This document shows positions 61,380-64,000 of a stretch of DNA of 64,000 nucleotides, piece after piece. A model generated the notes under the pieces. That model had not been told where the DNA came from and did no database searches. It saw only the letters and a list, made by a program, of their open reading frames with translations. Origin of the DNA: Lama glama (Eukaryota); assembly GCA_028534125.1 (NCBI GenBank), contig CM052827.1, positions 34,782,001 through 34,846,000 on the forward strand, given 5' to 3'. The translations under genes were made by a program, and so were the position numbers. The first letter of the stretch is position 1, and every line of letters starts with the position of its first letter.

Positions 61380-62704
61380 ATCCAGTTCTAATCTGAGGGA
61401 TCTCTAGGCTTCTCAGTTTTTGCCAGAATAACTATAGCAGCCTTAGCAATTAATTATGTTTTAATTTCCTTTCTCATATTGGCCTAAAATCCTGACAATC
61501 TAAACTTTCTGAAGGGTTATAGCCAGGATTAGAAGCCATTTCCTCATCCTGTTAGCGAAGGAGACAGTGCTCAGCTATAGGCATGGCTGTCTAGAGACCC
61601 CCACAAATGGCCTCCCTCTTATTACATGCTGTTCTGATGCTAGGGAGATTAATTAATGATTCTAAATAAGAAAACAATCAAATCTGTCTGCAGTCATATG
61701 AGTCAGAGCGGACCCAGATGGGAAGCCGGTCCTTGGCCTCTAAGTGCCCTCGGGAAAAGCAATAGAAGCCTTTGCTCCATACGTCAGAGCCACGAAAACC
61801 CCAACCCAGAAGGGGAAGGAATTGCTCAAAATGGATTGGAGACCCGGCATGATGTGATACACTTTCTTAAATGGCCAGGCCCCCTATCTGAGTGTTGTGC
61901 ACCTGAGATCTCAGGAGAGGAGAGAGAGCACAAGTCTATTCCTCTTTACTCTTTTTAGACAGCCAAACCTGCAGCTATTGAATGAGGAGTTCTCAGGCAT
62001 AGGCCTCTTGTGTGTGGCAAGATTGGGCAGCTGGTACAGCCACCCTGGGAGGGCCAGAGGATATGCATCCTGAAGCCCATCCAGCCCCCAGCCTGCCCAC
62101 CTTCAGGACTCCTGCCACCACATATAAAGGTGGAACACTGGTTGTGATGACATGAAGGCAGAAATGTGATGCTTCCCTGAAATTAGTTGAGGCTCACAGC
62201 AGTGAAAACTTTTATTTTGGTATTAGAAGCTTTGCTATAAACAATCTGAGAGTGGGAATAGGTAGAAGGAGTCTCTTAACAACATCCAAGTGTCCTCAGC
62301 ATTGGAACAGGATGCTAGCAAATAAAGATAAGCCCTTGTTCTTTAGTTCTATATGTACTCTCCTGAATAATAAGTGTCCTCATTTTTTCTCTATTCTTGC
62401 AGATTTTTAAAGCATATTTTGTTACCATCCAGGCTTGGTTTCCTGTGAAATTGTTCCACTTGGGAAAGAAAACCCCAGGCCTATTGGCTATGAGGATCAT
62501 TACGCCCCTTTCCTCTTCTTTGGTAATCAAGTTCAGGTAACAAATCCTTTGTTAGAATAAGACGTAAAGTATGTGGCAATATCCTTGCTGAATTTGAAAG
62601 GACTCTTTGTGATTTATGTCTGAATCCTAGTTGGTCCCCAATTCTATTCCTCTAAAATCTAGAATCTCATAGAGGACAGTCCAAAATTTCAGTTCTGCTT
62701 CTAC

Positions 62705-62910
62705 AGCAGCAGTAGGGGGAAAATAGTAAGGAAGAGGAGTTTAAAAGATCCAGGTCAGAACCTAAACTCTGCTCCTTCTAATCTGTATAACCATGGGCAA
62801 GCCCCTTTCCTCTCAAAGCTTCATTTCCTCATCTTGAAAGTAGGAATAACAACACCACCCACCTCATAGGACTGTGAGGATTAAGTAAATTCTTACACGC
62901 AAAAAGCCTG
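62705..62910 (+). mobile_element. MIR SINE
   Basis: ctgtataaccatgggcaag...tttcctcatct...cacctcataggactgtgaggattaagt. Confidence 0.75.
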
Positions 62911-64000
62911 ACTCAGAAATATTTCTTCTTCTTCTTAACTTGTAATTCTTTAAATAGGGATTGCTGATGGGCTCATTCAAAGTGATGCAGTAGACCCTCT
63001 CCAGCTATGTTTTCTCCCATTCCAGTCTGTGATGAGCGTTAGGGAAATTCTCAGAGACTCGTCCTCAGAGCTTGCTTCTGCTCCAAGCCCTAAGGTCCTC
63101 CCTTCCCACTAGGGGGGCTGAGGCCAGTGCTCCAGAACCTCGGACAGCTCCACTTCTTCTGACTGCTGGCTGCCTCAGGGAGCAGGAAGGACTTGGGGGA
63201 TTTTCTCCTAAAGGTTGCACTACTGTGGGGATTTAGGAATCCCAAGGGCTGCAGTCTCACTCCCAGTATGCATGCCATTTGCATGCATGCCACTTGCATG
63301 TATGCTCAGACTCTTCTACACAACCAGCCCTCCTGGAAAATTCTGAGGACCTCCTGTCTCTTCCTCAGAAAACCATGAACTCCACACAGATTTACCAAAT
63401 CTTCAGGGCCTTTCCTTCTCTCCTTTGAACTCCAAGGATTTTTTGGAGCCCAAGAAAAACAGAAATACCACCCACATCTTCCTGTAGCTGCTGATGTTTC
63501 ATTTGTTTGGCTTCAATACAAGGATGAAACATTCTTGATTAACCTCAAGAATGTACTAATAATGTATTAGCATGAAGAAAGGTTTTATAAGACAAAGAGA
63601 TTCATGTGTGAATTGAAAGAAACATAACGTCATTGCCTGTAGGTGATGTTAAGCACCATTCTCTAAACAGGATAAGCAGGTCGTTCAATTTATGAGATAA
63701 TTTGGCTTTTCATTCTCCAGTGCAGAACATAACACACGTATGCAGTCACCTTCCGAACAGGCAAGGAAGAGATTAAGTCCTATTTTTACTTTATGATACT
63801 GAGTCATGTAGTTCAATGCAAATCACATGGATGCCAAAGTAAGAACGATACCAGATATTTAAATACCTCCTTTCCTTTGAGGAGCTCTAAAGAGTTTGTG
63901 ACTGCGTGAAATCCCTTTAGAGCAACTTCAAGAGAGGAGACACATGTCACCAGGTGGGCATTTATGACTGAGCACCTCTCATCCATCTCCCCTACTCCCA

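Noticed and set aside
325-63378. All ORFs in the supplied six-frame track
   Set aside because: Short, overlapping, often with non-ATG starts, no recognisable domain, many inside repeats; expected noise in GC-rich mammalian intron. The real CDS (827 to 1, minus strand) is missing from the track because it has no stop in the window.
17000-64000. SMPD3 main exon 1 / CpG-island promoter or a nested gene
   Set aside because: No CpG island or credible coding exon chain seen; the main promoter probably lies beyond the right edge

Overview
Mammalian genomic DNA, most likely a camelid (camel/alpaca/llama), judged from two tRNA-derived Vic-1-type SINEs. The window holds the 5' part of SMPD3 (neutral sphingomyelinase 2) on the minus strand. 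The first coding exon begins at 1039, its ATG is at 827, and the CDS runs off the left edge, which is why the ORF track missed it. A probable 64-nt non-coding exon lies at 16065-16128. The rest appears to be intron: the main exon 1/CpG promoter is probably beyond the right edge. These introns are filled with old repeats (MIR, L2, L3/CR1, L4, L1M, MLT1, MER3, MER33, Tigger) and there is a 132-N assembly gap. None of the supplied ORFs looks like a real gene, and I found no evidence for a new multi-gene system. The most interesting signals are regulatory or mutational: three uORFs including an AUG-UAG-UAG start-stop element, a candidate internal TATA promoter/alternative first exon, an intronic CpG-rich GC-box cluster with a strand-skew switch, a 135-bp non-repeat duplication with microhomology scars, a Cys54-to-Tyr change in the palmitoylation cluster, and candidate enhancer motif clusters. 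Repeat family names and boundaries are from recalled consensus sequences and are approximate.
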